A stretch of 64,000 bases of DNA from Cyanophora paradoxa CCMP329 (taxonomy: Eukaryota; Plantae; Glaucophyta), in contig QPMI01000088.1 in NCBI GenBank assembly GCA_004431415.1, forward strand, positions 149,947-213,946. The letters are read 5' to 3'. A program made the position numbers and the translations under genes. The notes under the pieces are model-generated. The model saw only the letters and a program-made list of their open reading frames with translations, did no database searches and had not been told where the DNA came from. This document shows, piece after piece, positions 1 to 13,194 of this stretch (position 1 is the first letter of the stretch; every line of letters starts with the position of its first letter).

Positions 1-267
1 TAATGCGCATCTCGAATAAAATGATCATGATGGAATAAAGTAGCATGAGAAAAAAGGACCGGCTTGAACAAAAAGAAGCTGACGTGCATGCATATGGGCA
101 CGCACGAAAGCTGTAACTGCGGCTACTGTCGATAATCTCAGTATTAAATCCTAGATGAATGAATGAAATTAATGCCCTATCGATAGTGTACTATAGCTGT
201 AGTACAAGTTGTACAGCACTGCGGCACGAACCGAAGTCGCCGAGTCGTGCGGAAAGGCGAAATGAAG

Positions 268-3200
268 TCAAGAGGCGAGGAGGGAGAGGGCGCGGGCGAG
301 GGCGGCGGGCGAGGAGGCCTTGACGGGCTCGAGGCCCCGCGCGACCCGGCCGGACGCCGCCTCCGCCCACTCCTCGGCCTCGCGGGACGGGTGCAGGAGG
401 CCGCGGGCGGCGTGGAGGAGCGGCCGGTTCACCGGCGCGAGGCGGCACGCGAGGCGGGCGGCGCGCAGGAGCTCCGAGGCCAGCCGCCGCGCGGGGGCGG
501 AGGCCGGGGCGCGGGGCCCCCCGCGCGGGCGAGGGCGGCGGTGGCGAGGGCGGCGTAGAGGCGGCCGCAGGCGGCGAAGAAGATGCCGGGGGCCGGCGCC
601 CGCGCCGCGATGGCGAGGATCCCGCGCGCATACCCGCCGCCGCCTCGGCCGCCGCCGCCGCCTCGGCTCCAGCGGCGCCCCAGGCCCGCCGGCTGGGGCG
701 AGGGCGCGGAGGGCGGCGGCGAGGGCGAGGGCCCCCGCCGCGAGCTCCCCCTCGATGTCCCCGAGCCCTGCCCGCCCCGCGCCGAGTCTCGCACCAGGAG
801 CGCCCGAGCCGCCCGGCCGCGGGGGAGGCGCACCGGGGATCGAGGCGAGCGCCCGCTCCAGCGCCCGCGCGCACTCCGCGAGGGGCGGGCCCCCGGCGAG
901 GGCCGGCCAGCCGAGGGCGCGGCGCGTGGCGGCCGCGAGGCACGCGAAGACGACCCCAAAGAGGCGCGCCGGGCCGCCGACGGCGCCGGCGAGGACCGCC
1001 GCAGCCTCCTCGAGCCTGCCCCGCGTCGGCTGCAGCCGAGGGGGGGCCGAGGGGGCGCCGAGGGGCGCGGGCGCACGCGTGAATGTCCCCGCGGTACATG
1101 GCGACGACGCCGATGAAGATGCGCAGCTCCTCCGCCCGCGCCGGGTTCCCCGCCGCCCCCGCGTGAGCCTGCCAGCGCGTCAAAAATGCAGCGGGATCCG
1201 GATCGTTGTTTCATTGGTTAGGAAGGGGGCGGGGGGTGGGGGTGGGGGGGTGGCGTGGGGGCGCACAAAGGCGTGCTCGATGTAGAGGGCGAGGGTGCCG
1301 CCCTCGCCGCGGCTCAGCGCGTTCAGCGCGAGGAGCGTGAGGACGCCGGCGCGCTCGGCCGAGCCCACCGCCCCCGCGTGCTCCACCGCCTGGGGCGCCC
1401 GAGTCAGAGGCAGGCCCGCCCGCGGCGGCCCCTCCTCCGCCCGCTGGAGCCACGCGCACCTTCCGCTCGTACGTCCGCCACAGCTTCAGGAGCTTCAGGC
1501 CGGGGGCGAGGGTGAACGGGATCGCCGCGATGCTGCGGGCGCTTTAACAATAAGCGAACCGGGAGCTCGAAGCTGCAGTGAAAAGGGAGGGGGGCACGAA
1601 CGCGTAGCTGCGGGCGAGGACCGGGGCGCAGACGGCGCCGCGGGCCTCGGCGGCGTTCGCGGAGCGGAGTCCGACGACGGCGGCCCGCGGGAAGTCGTTG
1701 ATCTTCGCGAGGGCCTGGGGCGGGGGCGGGAGGGCGCCGGCGCGGTCAGGCGCCCCCGCAGCCGCCGCACCGAGGGCGGGCCCGCGGCGCACGTCGGCGA
1801 GGATGTGGCCGGCGAGGACGGCGCGCAGCGCTGGCGGGGTCGCCAGGGCCTCCTCGGCCGTCGACGCGCCCGGCGGCGGCGTCGCCAGCAGCGCGTCCAG
1901 CGCGGCGCGAATGGTCGGCGGGGAGGGCCGGCGGGGGCCCGCGGCGGCCTCCTTGGCGCGCCGGAAGAGCTGCGGGCGGGGGCTCGGCGCAGGCGGGGCG
2001 GGCGGAGAAGCAGGGAAGGGGCGAGAACCTGGCGGGCGACGGCGCCCAGGGTCGCCAGGGGGACGCGGGCGGGTTGCGCAGGGCCGGCTGCACGCGGCAC
2101 CCCTCCTCGAACAGCGACAGGGCGGCCTGCGAATCCGAGGGTGAGGGGCGGCGGGGCGGACGGGGCGGCGGGGGCGGCGCGGGTGGCACGGTCAGCTGGG
2201 CGACGGCCTCGGGGAAGCTGCCGACGTCGGAGAGGGCGGCGCCGAGCTCGGAGCGCGCCACCGCCTCCTCCGCCTCCAGCGCCCCGCCCGCCGCCGCGGA
2301 AAGGCGCCCCGCGCCAGCGGCGTCGCGCCTGACGCCGCCGAGGAGCCCCGCGGCGCGCTCCAGCGCGTCCACCGCCGTCGCGTTGTCGAAGACGCGCCGG
2401 GCCTGCCGCGCGCGCGTCGGGCCGGGCGCGGGCCGGCGTGCAGGCGGCGACGGGGCGCCGACGGCGCTCACCTCGAACGCGAGGCGGACGAGGGAGAGTG
2501 CAGCGAGGCGCCGGTGGCCCACCTGCTCCCACTGCCCGCCGCGCCGCGCCGTCGGCGGGGGCCGAGGCTCCAGTGCAGGGCGGCGCTCGAGCGCGCGCGC
2601 ACGTGGTACGCAACGGCGTCGTCGGAGCGGGCCGCGTGAAGGGCGCGGCTTTTCTGCGCCGGACGCGCCCTCAGCGGATGGGAGGGCGGGAGGGAGGTGG
2701 GGGCGGGGCAGGGGGTGCCTGGGCGAGGTGCAGGGCGGCGCGCGCGTGGAGGGCGCGCCGCTGGGCGGGCAGGAGGAGGCCCAGCACCGCCTGCGCGCGA
2801 CGTCGGCCCCGTCAGCGAAGTGAGGAGAGGTGCGCGGCGGCGCCGGCGCACGCTGCGGATGCGCTCGTGGCGCCAGCGGAAGAGGGGCTCGGGGGCGTCC
2901 GCCGCCAGCAGGCTCTCGCTCTCGCTCTCCGAGCCGCCGCCCTCCGACCCCGACCCCGCCTCCTCGCCCCCGCCCCGCTCGACCTCCGCGCGGCGCACCC
3001 TCTCCAGCCCCAAGTCCGCCACGTCCCGCCCTGCGGCGCGTACGCCGGACGCCGGTGAGCCTCTCACCGGCGCGGGCTCAAGAGAGGGGCGCACCGCTCA
3101 GGGCGCGGGCGAGCATGACCGGATCGGCGACGAGCTCTGCGGCGCGCCACGATCCGGGTCGGCAATCAGTGCCGCCCACGCAGAAGCGGCCCGGCGAGGC

Positions 3201-6200
3201 GCACCGGCGGAGGAGAGCGGGTGGACGGCGCAGAGGAGGGTGATGGGGAACTGGAGCCCGCAGACGGCCGCCACCTGCCGGCGCCTGAGCGGGTGCGCCG
3301 GCGGGCGGGGCGGGGCGGCGGAGGCGGGGCGGGCCTTGAGGAGGAGCTGGGCGCGGAAGGGGAGGGCGGAGAGGCGGGAGACGACAAGGGCGGCGAAGTC
3401 GGCGGGGATCGCCGCCGCCGCCCCCTCCAGCGACACCTGCCCCCGCCCCTCGAACGCCGCCGGGGCGGGCGGCTGCGGCTCGAGGCGCCGCGCGCACGAG
3501 CTCGAGGACGGAGGAGTCGTCGTCCTCCCCGCCCCCGTCAGCGTCGGCCGCCTCGCCGCCCTCCCTGCCAGAGGGCGCGGCACGGCGCGTCAGCGGGGCG
3601 GCGTGAGGGCGACTGCAGCGGGGCGGGCACCCGGGGGCGGGGGCGGGGAGGCTCGAGGCGGGGGGCGGGCGGGAGGGGAGGAGGAGGCCGGAGAGCTGGA
3701 GGGCCCCCGCCACCTCCCGCACGAGGAGGGGCAGGCCGCCCGAGCGCTCCAGCAGCAGCCGCATCGCCTGCCGCCCCGCATCGCACCGCGACGCGTCGCA
3801 CCCGGCCGAGGGCCGAGGGGCCGGGTCCCGAGGCGAGGGCCGGCTCACCGCGGGCCCCAGGGAGCGAGCGCCCAGGGCGGAGCGGGCGAGCGCCAGCGTG
3901 TCCGACTCGGAGAGGGGCGCGAGGACCAGGCGCTCCGCGGCCGCCGCGACGCTCTCGCGCCGCGCCTCCGCCTGCAGACGCGCCGGCTCGGACGCTCTTC
4001 CGCGGGCGGCATCGAGGGGAAGCGGCACCTGCCGGCCCAACGACGAGTCGCCCGTGCGGTACGCAGCAAGAAGCACCGCCGGGCCGCCGGGCTGCGCGGC
4101 CTGCCGAGGGCGGATCGCGCCGGGGCCGACTACGGCGCAGGCGACAGCGTCGGGTGCGCACGGCGAGGGCGAGAGACAGGGAGAGGTTGTCGATCCACTC
4201 CTGGCCGGGCGCGTGTGAGCAAGACGGCAGAGAGCAGGAGCCCGAGGCTCGCTCGAGCCGGACGCGCGCACCACGTGGTCCACGATCAGAAGAATGGAGG
4301 CGCCGGCGGGTTGGGCGCGCCCTGGGTTCGACCGCCAGTTCTCCGAGGGCGGGGGCGGAGGGGACGGGGCCTCCCCCCCCTCCATCGAGATCGAGGAGAG
4401 GGCCCAGGCCGGCTCCATCGCGAGCGCCTGCGCCACGCGGCGCGCCTCGAGGCCGCCGCCGACCGCCGCCGCCGCCACGGCGGTCGGCCGAGGGCGAGCG
4501 GCCTCGAGCCGCCCCGACGCCCCGGCCGGCCCGTGGCTGCGCCGCCGGCTACTGTTCTCCGCAGCCCCGGGCGGCGCGCCGAACATCGCTGCGCCGGCAT
4601 CCCAGTGAGTAGAGGCGCGAAGGAAGAGGGCGCCGACAGCGGGCGGCGGGGCACCGGCGAGCGCGGAGCACTCGGTGGCGTGGGCGCGCAGCACGAGCAG
4701 CGCCAGCCGCTCGGTCTCGCGCCGCCGGACCTCCGAGTCCCTGCCCGGGAGCGCTCAGCTGCGGGAAGAACCGGGGGGGCGGGGCGGGGCGGGGGCGGAC
4801 ATGGTGCGCGTCTCCTCCGACTCGGGGATGGCGAGCCTCGGGTGGAGGGCGTTGAGGAGCGGCAGGCAGGCCACCGCGCGCGCGTCCAGCGCCCCCGCGG
4901 GGAGCAGCGCCGCCAGCCTCCTCAGGACGAGCTCCCGCGAGGTCGGCCCCGCCGGGGCCGCCATCGCGCTCGGGGCCCCAAGGTTCTCCGACGAGTGGAC
5001 GCGGCTCGGCACCGCCGACTCGGCTGCGCTCGCGATCCCGGAGCTGTCGGCGGCCGCCGGGGCCGCCCCACGGCTCCAGGCTCTGAGGACGGGCCGCAGC
5101 GCCTCCCGCCAGGCGCTGTACGGCTCCCCCCGCGCCGGGTCTGCGCCCCGGCATCGGCACCCGGGCGCGCGCTCGGGAGGGGAGAGCAGGCGGGGGCCGC
5201 CGGACCGCCGGAGAGGGTGAGCGAGGGGAGGCCGCGCCGTCCCACGGCGTCGTCCACGGCGGCGAGCAGGGAGCTCTTGCCCTGCGCAAGGAGGCGGTTC
5301 GTCCGGGCGGCGACGGCCGGATCGGAGCGGGAGGGGCGGGGCGGACCACGCCGGCGGGGCCCTCGACGAGCAGCGCGCGCCGCGCGCCGGCCGCGCCGGC
5401 CGCGCCCGAGAGCAGCGCCTTGGTCGCCTGCTTCACGGCAGAGTCGCGGCCCACCAGCGGAGCGACGCCCGCCTGCGCGGGGTCCGGAGCGGTGGAGGCC
5501 CGCGTCAGAGGCGGCGCGCATGCAGCGGACGGGGCGGCCGACCGTCCCGCTGCGGGACGCCCGACGGGCAGCCCCGTGCCAGGACTTCACGCTCAGGAGC
5601 GCGTGCGCCTCCGTGAGCCCTTCGAAGCTGAGCGCCGCAGCGTCGGCGGAGCGCGATCGCGAGTGCCTGCAGGCGGCCGTGCGGGCGGCGCAAAGGCTCG
5701 CGAGACCCGCACCCTTTGAGGCGGAGGGCGAGGGGCGGGTGAGAGAAAGCGGCGCGCTGGCGGGCGCGGCGGCCTGCGCGGAGGGGCGTCGGCCGGAGCC
5801 GGCCCGGCGGCGCGCAGCGGCGCCCGAGGAGACGCACACGTGGCCTCGTCGACGAGGACGCGGTTCTCGGCGTGCTGCATGAGGCGGGCGGCGAGGTTCA
5901 CCGTGCGCCCCAAGACTGCGCCGCGCGCGCCGGTCAGTTGACATGTTAGTGATCATGAGCAGCCGCCGGGGGCCGCCGCGCACCGGTGTACTCGCAGCGG
6001 CGATCGCGGGCGCCGACGATGCCGGCAAAGCACCTGCGGGGCGGGCGCGTCGGGGGCCGGCGGGGCGGGGCGGGGGATCGAGGCGAGGGCGGGAGGGGCC
6101 GCGCCTGCCGGTGGCGATGCCGGCGGAGGAGGGAGGCCGGCCGCCGCCAGCAGCGCGAGCGCCTCCTCGCCCGCCGCCACCGCCCGCCCCCTGCCGCCCC

Positions 6201-6567
6201 GCGCGCCCGCCGGCGTCGGCGTCGGCCGGCGCCTCCGCGGGTCGGGCCGGCGACGCGCACGCGTCGTCGAGGTGGGCGAAGAAGGGGAGGCCGAAGGCCG
6301 CGACCGCCACGCAGCCCTTGTCCTGCGCGCCCCCCGCGCATGAGATCGCGTCGCCCTGAGCCTCGACTCTGGGCTCCGGATCCGCGCACGTCCACGATGA
6401 TCTGCAGCGATCGGTAAACTGGCTGCGGTGACTTGCGGCCGGCGCGGGAGGGAACCTTGTTGAGAACGCCGCCTCGGCGCTCGCAGACGCCCTCCAGGAT
6501 CTCCGTGGCGCGGGCCAGAGACTCCTGGAAGCGGCGCGCCCCGCCCGCGCTCGCGTATGCGCCCCCT

Positions 6568-6605
<38 letters not shown>

Positions 6606-8526
6606 GCGCCGCGCTCGAGCTCCGACTCGGGCCGACCCGACGGCCAGCCGCCGGCCAGGAACGCCACGCCGGCGGCTCCTCTCTCTGCAACCGCAGGCGA
6701 GGCCGGCGCAAGCACGCCCCCAACGCTCAGGAACATGACGGAGGCCTCTCGAATCTGCGGAGGGGGGCCTGTGTGACGGGAAAGCGCGTGGGCGCGGTTC
6801 GACGGGCCCGGGCAGACCTCGTCGTGCCAGGCGGGCAGGCCCTCCCTCAGCGACTCGCGGACGACAAGGGGCACGAACGGGGAGGCCGCCACCGCGAGCC
6901 CCAGCGACGGGCGCGCGGCCTCGGCGGCGCGCGCGACGTGCCGGTCTGGCTCGCAGTGGCCCAGGGAATCCACTTCGAGCAAGGAGAAGCCGGAGGGCAG
7001 CGCCGTGGCTGCAACCGCGCGGCGCAGGCGCGCTGTGAGCGTGGGCGAGCCGCGCGCGCCGCGCCTGGCGCACCCCGCGCGGAGGGCCACTGCGCGAGGA
7101 TCTCGTCCAGGGCCGCCCGCCCGCACGCCACCTGCCCGCGCTGCGCGTGCGGCTCCGCGCCGCACGCCTCCTGCACCGCCGGGCCCCCGCACACGCTGTG
7201 CCGTCGAGTGTCTGTGGAAGGCCGCGCGTGGGCGGAGGGGAGCCACCGAGCTCTTCAGGACAGGGGCTGCTCACCTGTCCCGGGGTAGCAGCGCGTGACG
7301 CTGCCGGCGCCGACGCCTGCGGCCGGCGCGGTCGCTCGATAAGCTCGGGGACGAATCGGGGAGGGGAATCAGAGGCTCGGGGACCGATGTGGATGGAGAG
7401 GGGTGACAGCGAAGGGCCTTGGCCCCCACAGGCCGCGGCCTGCCGCACAAGGCCGGCGGCGCAGCGGCCGGCGGCGAGAGCTGGGTGCGTCGCGCCGCCC
7501 GACCCCGCCGCGTCAGCCGGTGCGGAGAAGACGATGAGCATCGCGTCTCCGGCTGCAGCAGCGTGAGGGCCGAGCTCCGGATCAGACGCGTGCCGTGCGC
7601 GGGGCACCGAAGCTCTCGACGGAGACGTCGCAGCGGCAGCAGGCGCGGTGCAGCTCGGCCTCCTCCAGGAGCGCGGAGAGGAAGGCGTTGAGGGTGGCCG
7701 CCAGCTCGCCCGCCGCCCGCGCCTCGTCCGCCCCGCACTGCCCGAAGATCGCCGCCTCCAGCGCCGTGAATCTGCCACCGGGTTCGATTCAGCTGCGGGG
7801 GTGGGCGGGGAGGGGGGAGTCTAATGAGGGGGAAAGGGTCAAGGGGGGGAAAGGGAAAGAAGGGGGAGGGGGGGGGGGGGGGGGGGGGCGAGAGAGAGGG
7901 GGAGCGATGCGGGGCAGGAGAGGGCCGGGAGAGGGTGGGGCGCGTACCCCGAAACGTCGACGAAGAGAGCGGCACAGTTCTCGTCGCCGCTCTGAGGCTC
8001 GGGGGCCCGCGAGAGTGCCGCGCCCGCCGCGCCCGCCCCGTGGTGCCGCGCGAGCCTCTGCAGCTCACTGCCGCTGGCGTCAAGAAAGCAGCGGTGCCAT
8101 AACTGCGGTGAAGGGCGGGGCGGCGGACGTGGCGAGGCGGGAGGGCAGGTAGGCCTCGAGCGCGCCGTGCTGCGGGGCGGCGCGGCGGCCGAGCACGCCG
8201 CCCTGGCCGCCGGACTCCCCGACGAGCGCGGCGCGCGCCGCCTCCTCGAGGTCCCCTTGCGGCAGCAGCTCCAGCGCAAGATCGAGCCCCGGCTGGCCCT
8301 GCCCCTGCCGCCCATCGCCAGCGCCCTCCGCGGCCGCGTGCCCGTTCCGCTGCAGCTGGCGCACGCTGTACGGGCTGGCCTCCAAGCGCGCGCTCGGGCT
8401 CTCCCGGCCCCCCTCGGAGCTGCAGCTCCCGCTCGGCGCGCTGGCGCTCATGATCAAACTCCCGCGGCCGTACGCGGCGGCCGCGTCCTCCGCGGGCCAT
8501 GTCCTCCTGCTCGACGCGCTGGGCAC
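268..8526 (-). CDS. Multi-exon soluble adenylate cyclase-like protein (tandem class III cyclase domains + STAND P-loop NTPase + TPR-like C-terminus)
   Basis: Exon fragments give C1 motifs AALFVDVSG|FT and AGDAMLIVF, C2 motifs DKGCVAVAAFGLP, SAGIATGR, RCEYT and GRTVNLAARLM, then LVGRD and Walker A LLVEGPAGV|GKSSLL (~5270-5370). The last exon reads ...ARALSLLAS* with the stop at 268-270. The start is uncertain. Confidence 0.85.
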
Positions 8527-9187
8527 GAAAGCGATGCGTGAAAAGCTTTAAGGGTGACGGTTCAAGGGCGCATTCCGATCTCAAGACGCGAACCTCACGA
8601 CGCGGCGAGGTTGCGCGTTGTCGCTGCGAGGCCGAGGCCGATCCGACTTCGATCGGGCAAGACTCCCGCCGCGGTTGCCCATGCAGACCGCCGCGCCGGA
8701 CGGAGACCGGCGCGCGCCGGCTCAAGACCAGGGCGCCGTCGGCTGATTGCCTATCGCAAGTTGAGGAAGAAGAAGAGGCTGATCGCCGAGTCAAGGACGA
8801 TTCGCTGCCAGCTGCAGAGAATTCCGAAGATCTGCGAGAATTCGAAGGTGGCGCCGGCGCTTGCTAGAACATGATCGCGCACGCGCAGCTATAGGGTTGC
8901 GCGTGCTTCTGGGGTGTCGTTCAAAGCGCTATACATTGCGAAACTCGCTCGCGGCTGATTGCTGTAGCGCCGGACATGTACAATGGCAGTCAAGACCATT
9001 AGCACGATGTACCCCCCGTGACCGCGCTAGTAGCGGCGCTACTACGTATACGGCGCTAGCGCTGTGCGTTGCAAGTCCCGCCCGATTGAAGCCCTTTCAC
9101 GCGGCCACGATGACGTGCCATCGCAGCGCTATCGGGTTGGGGGATTCGAATACTAGTATACAGCCGGCAGCGATCGTTCGACTGTGC

Positions 9188-10913
9188 CTACGCCTCGACA
9201 ATGCGGCCGCCCCCAGGGACTGCGAGCTCGTCCTCCTCCTCCTCCCCCGAGGAGGCGGGGGGGTACCGTGCGGCGGGCGGGAGCGGGAAGGGCCGCGGGG
9301 CGGGGTAGGGGCACGCCTCGTGGGGGACGTCCTGCCGGCGGGGCGCCGGCCTGTCAGGCGGCGAAGAGACCTCCGATCATTTCCTTGCGGGGGGCGCACC
9401 TTGGTGGGGTTGGGCGCGTTGCGGTGGAACTGGGCGAGGTAGGAGAGGTGCCCGCCCGGCCCCCCGGCGATCTGCCCCGCCGGCTCGGCGGGCGCCGGCG
9501 CCCTCGGAGCGCTCGGGCGGGGCCGCGTGCACCTGGCGCCAGGCGGGGCGGTCGGAGAGGGCCTGGTACCAGCGGGCGAGGGCCGGCAGCTCGGTCCAGG
9601 GGATGGAGTAGGGGCGCGGGAAGCGGTCGCTGTTCGCCCACTCCAGCGTCGCCACCCTGCGGGGCGTCGGCCGGGGCGCGGGGCGCGGGGGCTGGCGGGA
9701 GGGGGGCGGACGAGGTGAAGACGGCGAGGTCGGCGGCGGAGATCTCGGGGCCCGCCACGTACTCCCGCCCCTCCTGCCCCGGCCCCGTCGGCCCGGGGCG
9801 GGGCGGGGGGCGAGGGGCAAGGGGCGGGCACCAGCCAGGAGTTGACGAGGCGGAGGCCGTGGTCGACGGCGCGGCAGCCGCGCTCGAACGCGTTCTGCAG
9901 CACCGCGTCCGTCACCTCTGCGCGGTACCCCTCCGTCAGAAGGGTGGGGGTGGGGAGGGGCAGGGCGGCCCGCGCCTTCGGAGGAGCCGAGGGCGTTCGG
10001 GAAGGCGACGTCCTCCCCCACAGCGGGGTACAGCCGCCGCGCGTTCCACTCCAGGATCGCGTCCACCCCCGCCCCGTACGGGCCCACGCTGCCCCGCGAG
10101 GTCGCCTTCCCTCTGCGGGTCGGGCCCCCGAGGGGTACGGGTCCCGCACCTGTACCAGTTGGAGGGCACGGCGTGCTTCCCCGCGAGGTACCGGATGATG
10201 GCGCCCCTGCGGGGAGGGTCGCGCGGGGAGCAGAGCGTGGCGGGGGGTACCGCGCGCACGGCTCGGAGACGCGGACCCCGCCGTCGTCGATGGCGGGGAC
10301 GGAGCCGGACGGGCTGATCGCCAGGAACTCAGGTGAGTACTGCTCGCCCCGCCTGAAGTCCACGTCGACCAGCTGCGCGGGGCGCGGGGCGCGCCACTCA
10401 GTGCCTCGCCCCATCAGCGAGGCGGTTGGGGGCGGGCGGCGAAAGCATGGAACTGCTGGATTCCGGCTTAGCTAAGGGAGCGGCTTCGTGTGGGCGGCTT
10501 AGCTGCGGGACAGAGGAGGCGGGGCGCAGAGGGCCGCGCGGCGGCGCACCTCGCAGGGAATGTTGTTCTCGAGGCAGAACCACCAGACCATCTGGCAGGG
10601 CGCCGAGATGCGGGAGAGGTGGAGCCGCACGGGCGCCGGCGTCGGCGGCTGCATGGAAAGCCGCGGGTTGTTCTCCGCCAGCCACGTTGAAAGATACTGA
10701 TAGGGATCCTCCGTCTTTGACCTGCAGGCGCACAATCAGCCCCGAGCCCAGCTACCGGCCAGCGCCAGCCGCAGGCGTCGGGCCGCAGCTAGTGTTCCGC
10801 AGTGCAGCGGCGGCGCGCGGCGCTTACCGGACCATGTCCACCAGCGCGCGGACCAGCGCCGGCCGCACGCTCTCCGTCAGGTAGTCCTGCACGGATATCG
10901 GCTGCCCCGCCAT
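9188..10913 (-). CDS. Multi-exon Dpy-30/RIIa dimerisation-docking domain fused to a theta-like glutathione S-transferase
   Basis: N-terminus DYLTESVRPALVRALVDM..SKTEDPYQYLSTWLAENNP (Dpy-30 pattern). GST motifs SAPCQMVWWFC, GEQYSPEFLAISPSGSVPAIDDGGVRVSE, IIRYLA, YVAGPEISAADL and PALARWY. Last exon boundaries are approximate. Confidence 0.8.
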
Positions 10914-11010
10914 CTCCTGGATATCGCCGATGTCCGCTGTCCTGCTCGGAGGTCTCGCTTCTCTGCCTCCCTTGCACAAATTTGCTTTCTTAGAGGGGTA
11001 CGGCGCCAAA

Positions 11011-12630
11011 ATGGGCTACCTCGCGCTCGTTCGCGGGCTGATCAGCGGCGGGTTCATTTGGGCGTGTTGTCTAGCGGGCAACGTCGGCCAGATCCTGTCG
11101 GCGCTGTTCGTCCAGCCCTTTTCGAGGAAATGGTGCGATCTGCGTGGCTGTAGCGTCATGCGTCCCGCGGCCGTGCCGCGGGATCGGACGCACCGCGGGC
11201 GTCGCTGCGTCCGTAGCGTCACGCCCTGCCATGCCGCGCCAACCGCTCCCACAGGCACCTCAAAATCAACGCATTCTTCCAGGACCAGCTGCTCAGTCTG
11301 GCGGTCCTCGTCGTCGACAATTCACCTTCGATCGAGTTCCTGTACGGCGGCGACACGGCCACGCCGAACGAGAACGGCATTGTCGTCCTCAATCACCTCA
11401 GCTACGTTGACTGGGCGTTCATCTACGGCCTCTCGAAGCGCAACGAGAAGCTGGGGGCGCTGAAGTTCCTGCTGAAGGTCCAGCGCCCGCCGCCCGCCGC
11501 CGCGCCGCCGATTCCCGCCACCGAGCTCGGCCGCAGGACCCGATCAAGTACATTCCCGGCTTCGGCTGGGGCATGTGGATGCTGGACTGGCTCTTCATGA
11601 AGCGTAACTGGGAGTCGGATCGTCCGCGCATCCTCCGCGCGCTCGACCGCCTCAGCCAGGACTGCACGTCGAACGGGTGCGCCCGCAGCCCGCGCTGCGC
11701 CCCGCCGCCTCCGCCGACGCATGCACAGACTGAAGCTGTGGATCGCGATCTTCCCCGAGGGCACCCGCTACACCCCCAAGAAGCTCGCCGCCGCGCAGGT
11801 CCGCTTCCAACTTTCTACACCCCCGCAGCGATTCGAGCCCGCGCCGCGCAGGAGTTCGCGAAGAAGCGGGACCTGCCGGTCCCGGAGAACGTCCTCGTAC
11901 CCCGCGTCAAGGGCTTCGTGACGTGCGTGAACGGCCTTCGCGAGAAGGCCATCCCCGTGCGCCCGTACCCTCCCCGCCGCCCGCGCCCCCCGGCCGTTCA
12001 CGGCTTTCCCTCCAGGCGATCTACGACGTCACCATCGTCTACGTGGGATTCAAGGGCGGCATCCCCAGGCGAGCCGCGCCCCGCCTTGCCCGCGACGCGT
12101 ACCCCCTGACCGCATCCCCGCCTCCCCCCTGCAGCATCCGGCAGATCCTGTTCGACGACGCCCCCGGCCGCAAGGTCGTCCTCCACCTCAAGCGCATCCC
12201 CGTCACCGGTCCGCCGGTCGCGCCGCCTCCGGGAGCAGCCCTCCTGAACACTGATGTTGTACCCCCGCAGACGTCCCGACCGACGAGGAGGCCCTCGGCA
12301 AGTGGCTGCAGAGCCGCTGGGTCGAGAAGGACAAGGTCCGATCCCCGTACCCCCATCCGCCCTGGAGAAGAATCCGACCGGGGCGCGTACCCCGGGCAGG
12401 CGATGGCGGAGTACAAGGCGAAGGGCTCGTGCGAGGCGTGGGGCAAGCTCTTCAAGCCGCCGCGCATCCCCCGCGGGTGCGTCGTACCCCCCCCCCCTCT
12501 CTCTCCCGGGGCGCCGGGGCGGTGCGAGCGGGGCCGGCGCAGGCGGTTCCTGCTGGCGTACAGCTTCATGACCTTCTGGCTCCTGCTCGTCGCCTTCGGC
12601 CTCCGCTTCCTCGCCTCCGCCCTCCTTTAG
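11011..12630 (+). CDS. Multi-exon 1-acyl-sn-glycerol-3-phosphate / lysocardiolipin acyltransferase (LPAAT/LCLAT family)
   Basis: Catalytic NHLSYVD (HX4D), IKYIPGFGWGMWMLDWLFMKRNWESD, IFPEGTR, VLVPRVKGF, AIYDVTIVY, KWLQSRWVEKD and a C-terminal TM helix ending at the stop at 12630. Confidence 0.92.
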
Positions 12631-13194
12631 CGCGCGCGGCTCGCGGCCTCCAGTCCTCCTTTTGACGGATTTTTCACGATCGGGACGCGGGGGCGGCCGG
12701 GCGGGCGCCGGCCCGCGCGCTTCACTTCATGCAGTGCTTCAGTAGTTTTCAAGGCAGTGCCCCCGGCCCCGCCCCGGTCGCGCCCAGCGGCTTCGGGTGG
12801 CGAACCGCAGACATCTCCCTGTCTAGATCTTCTTTGCAATTTTTCCTTGTGAACGCTATTTCGTGTGCATATTTCGCTTTAAATTGAGAACCGATCGAAG
12901 GGCCGAGTGCCGTCCAGCGTCCGCCGCGGCCGCGGGCGCGCCTTCCACAGCTATTGGCTGGATCTGGTCGGGCGGGCACGCGTCGCACATGCGCCACATG
13001 CGCATGCATGCATATGCACGCGCACGCACTCGTGCATATGGTCTTCTCAGTTTCTGAACGACATTCCTAATTATATTAACTCGAGAATGCTACATCGCCT
13101 CGTAGGGCTCAGAGATTCATCGGATGCACGCAGGGCCGGCGGCCTCCACGCGGCGGCCACCGAGGGCGGGGCCCGGGCTCGGGGGCGGTCCGGG

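Noticed and set aside
2697-5882. 1061-aa + strand ORF and the many other long Arg/Gly/Pro/Ala-rich ORFs
   Set aside because: Shadow ORFs caused by very high GC. The recognisable motifs lie on the opposite strand in spliced exons.
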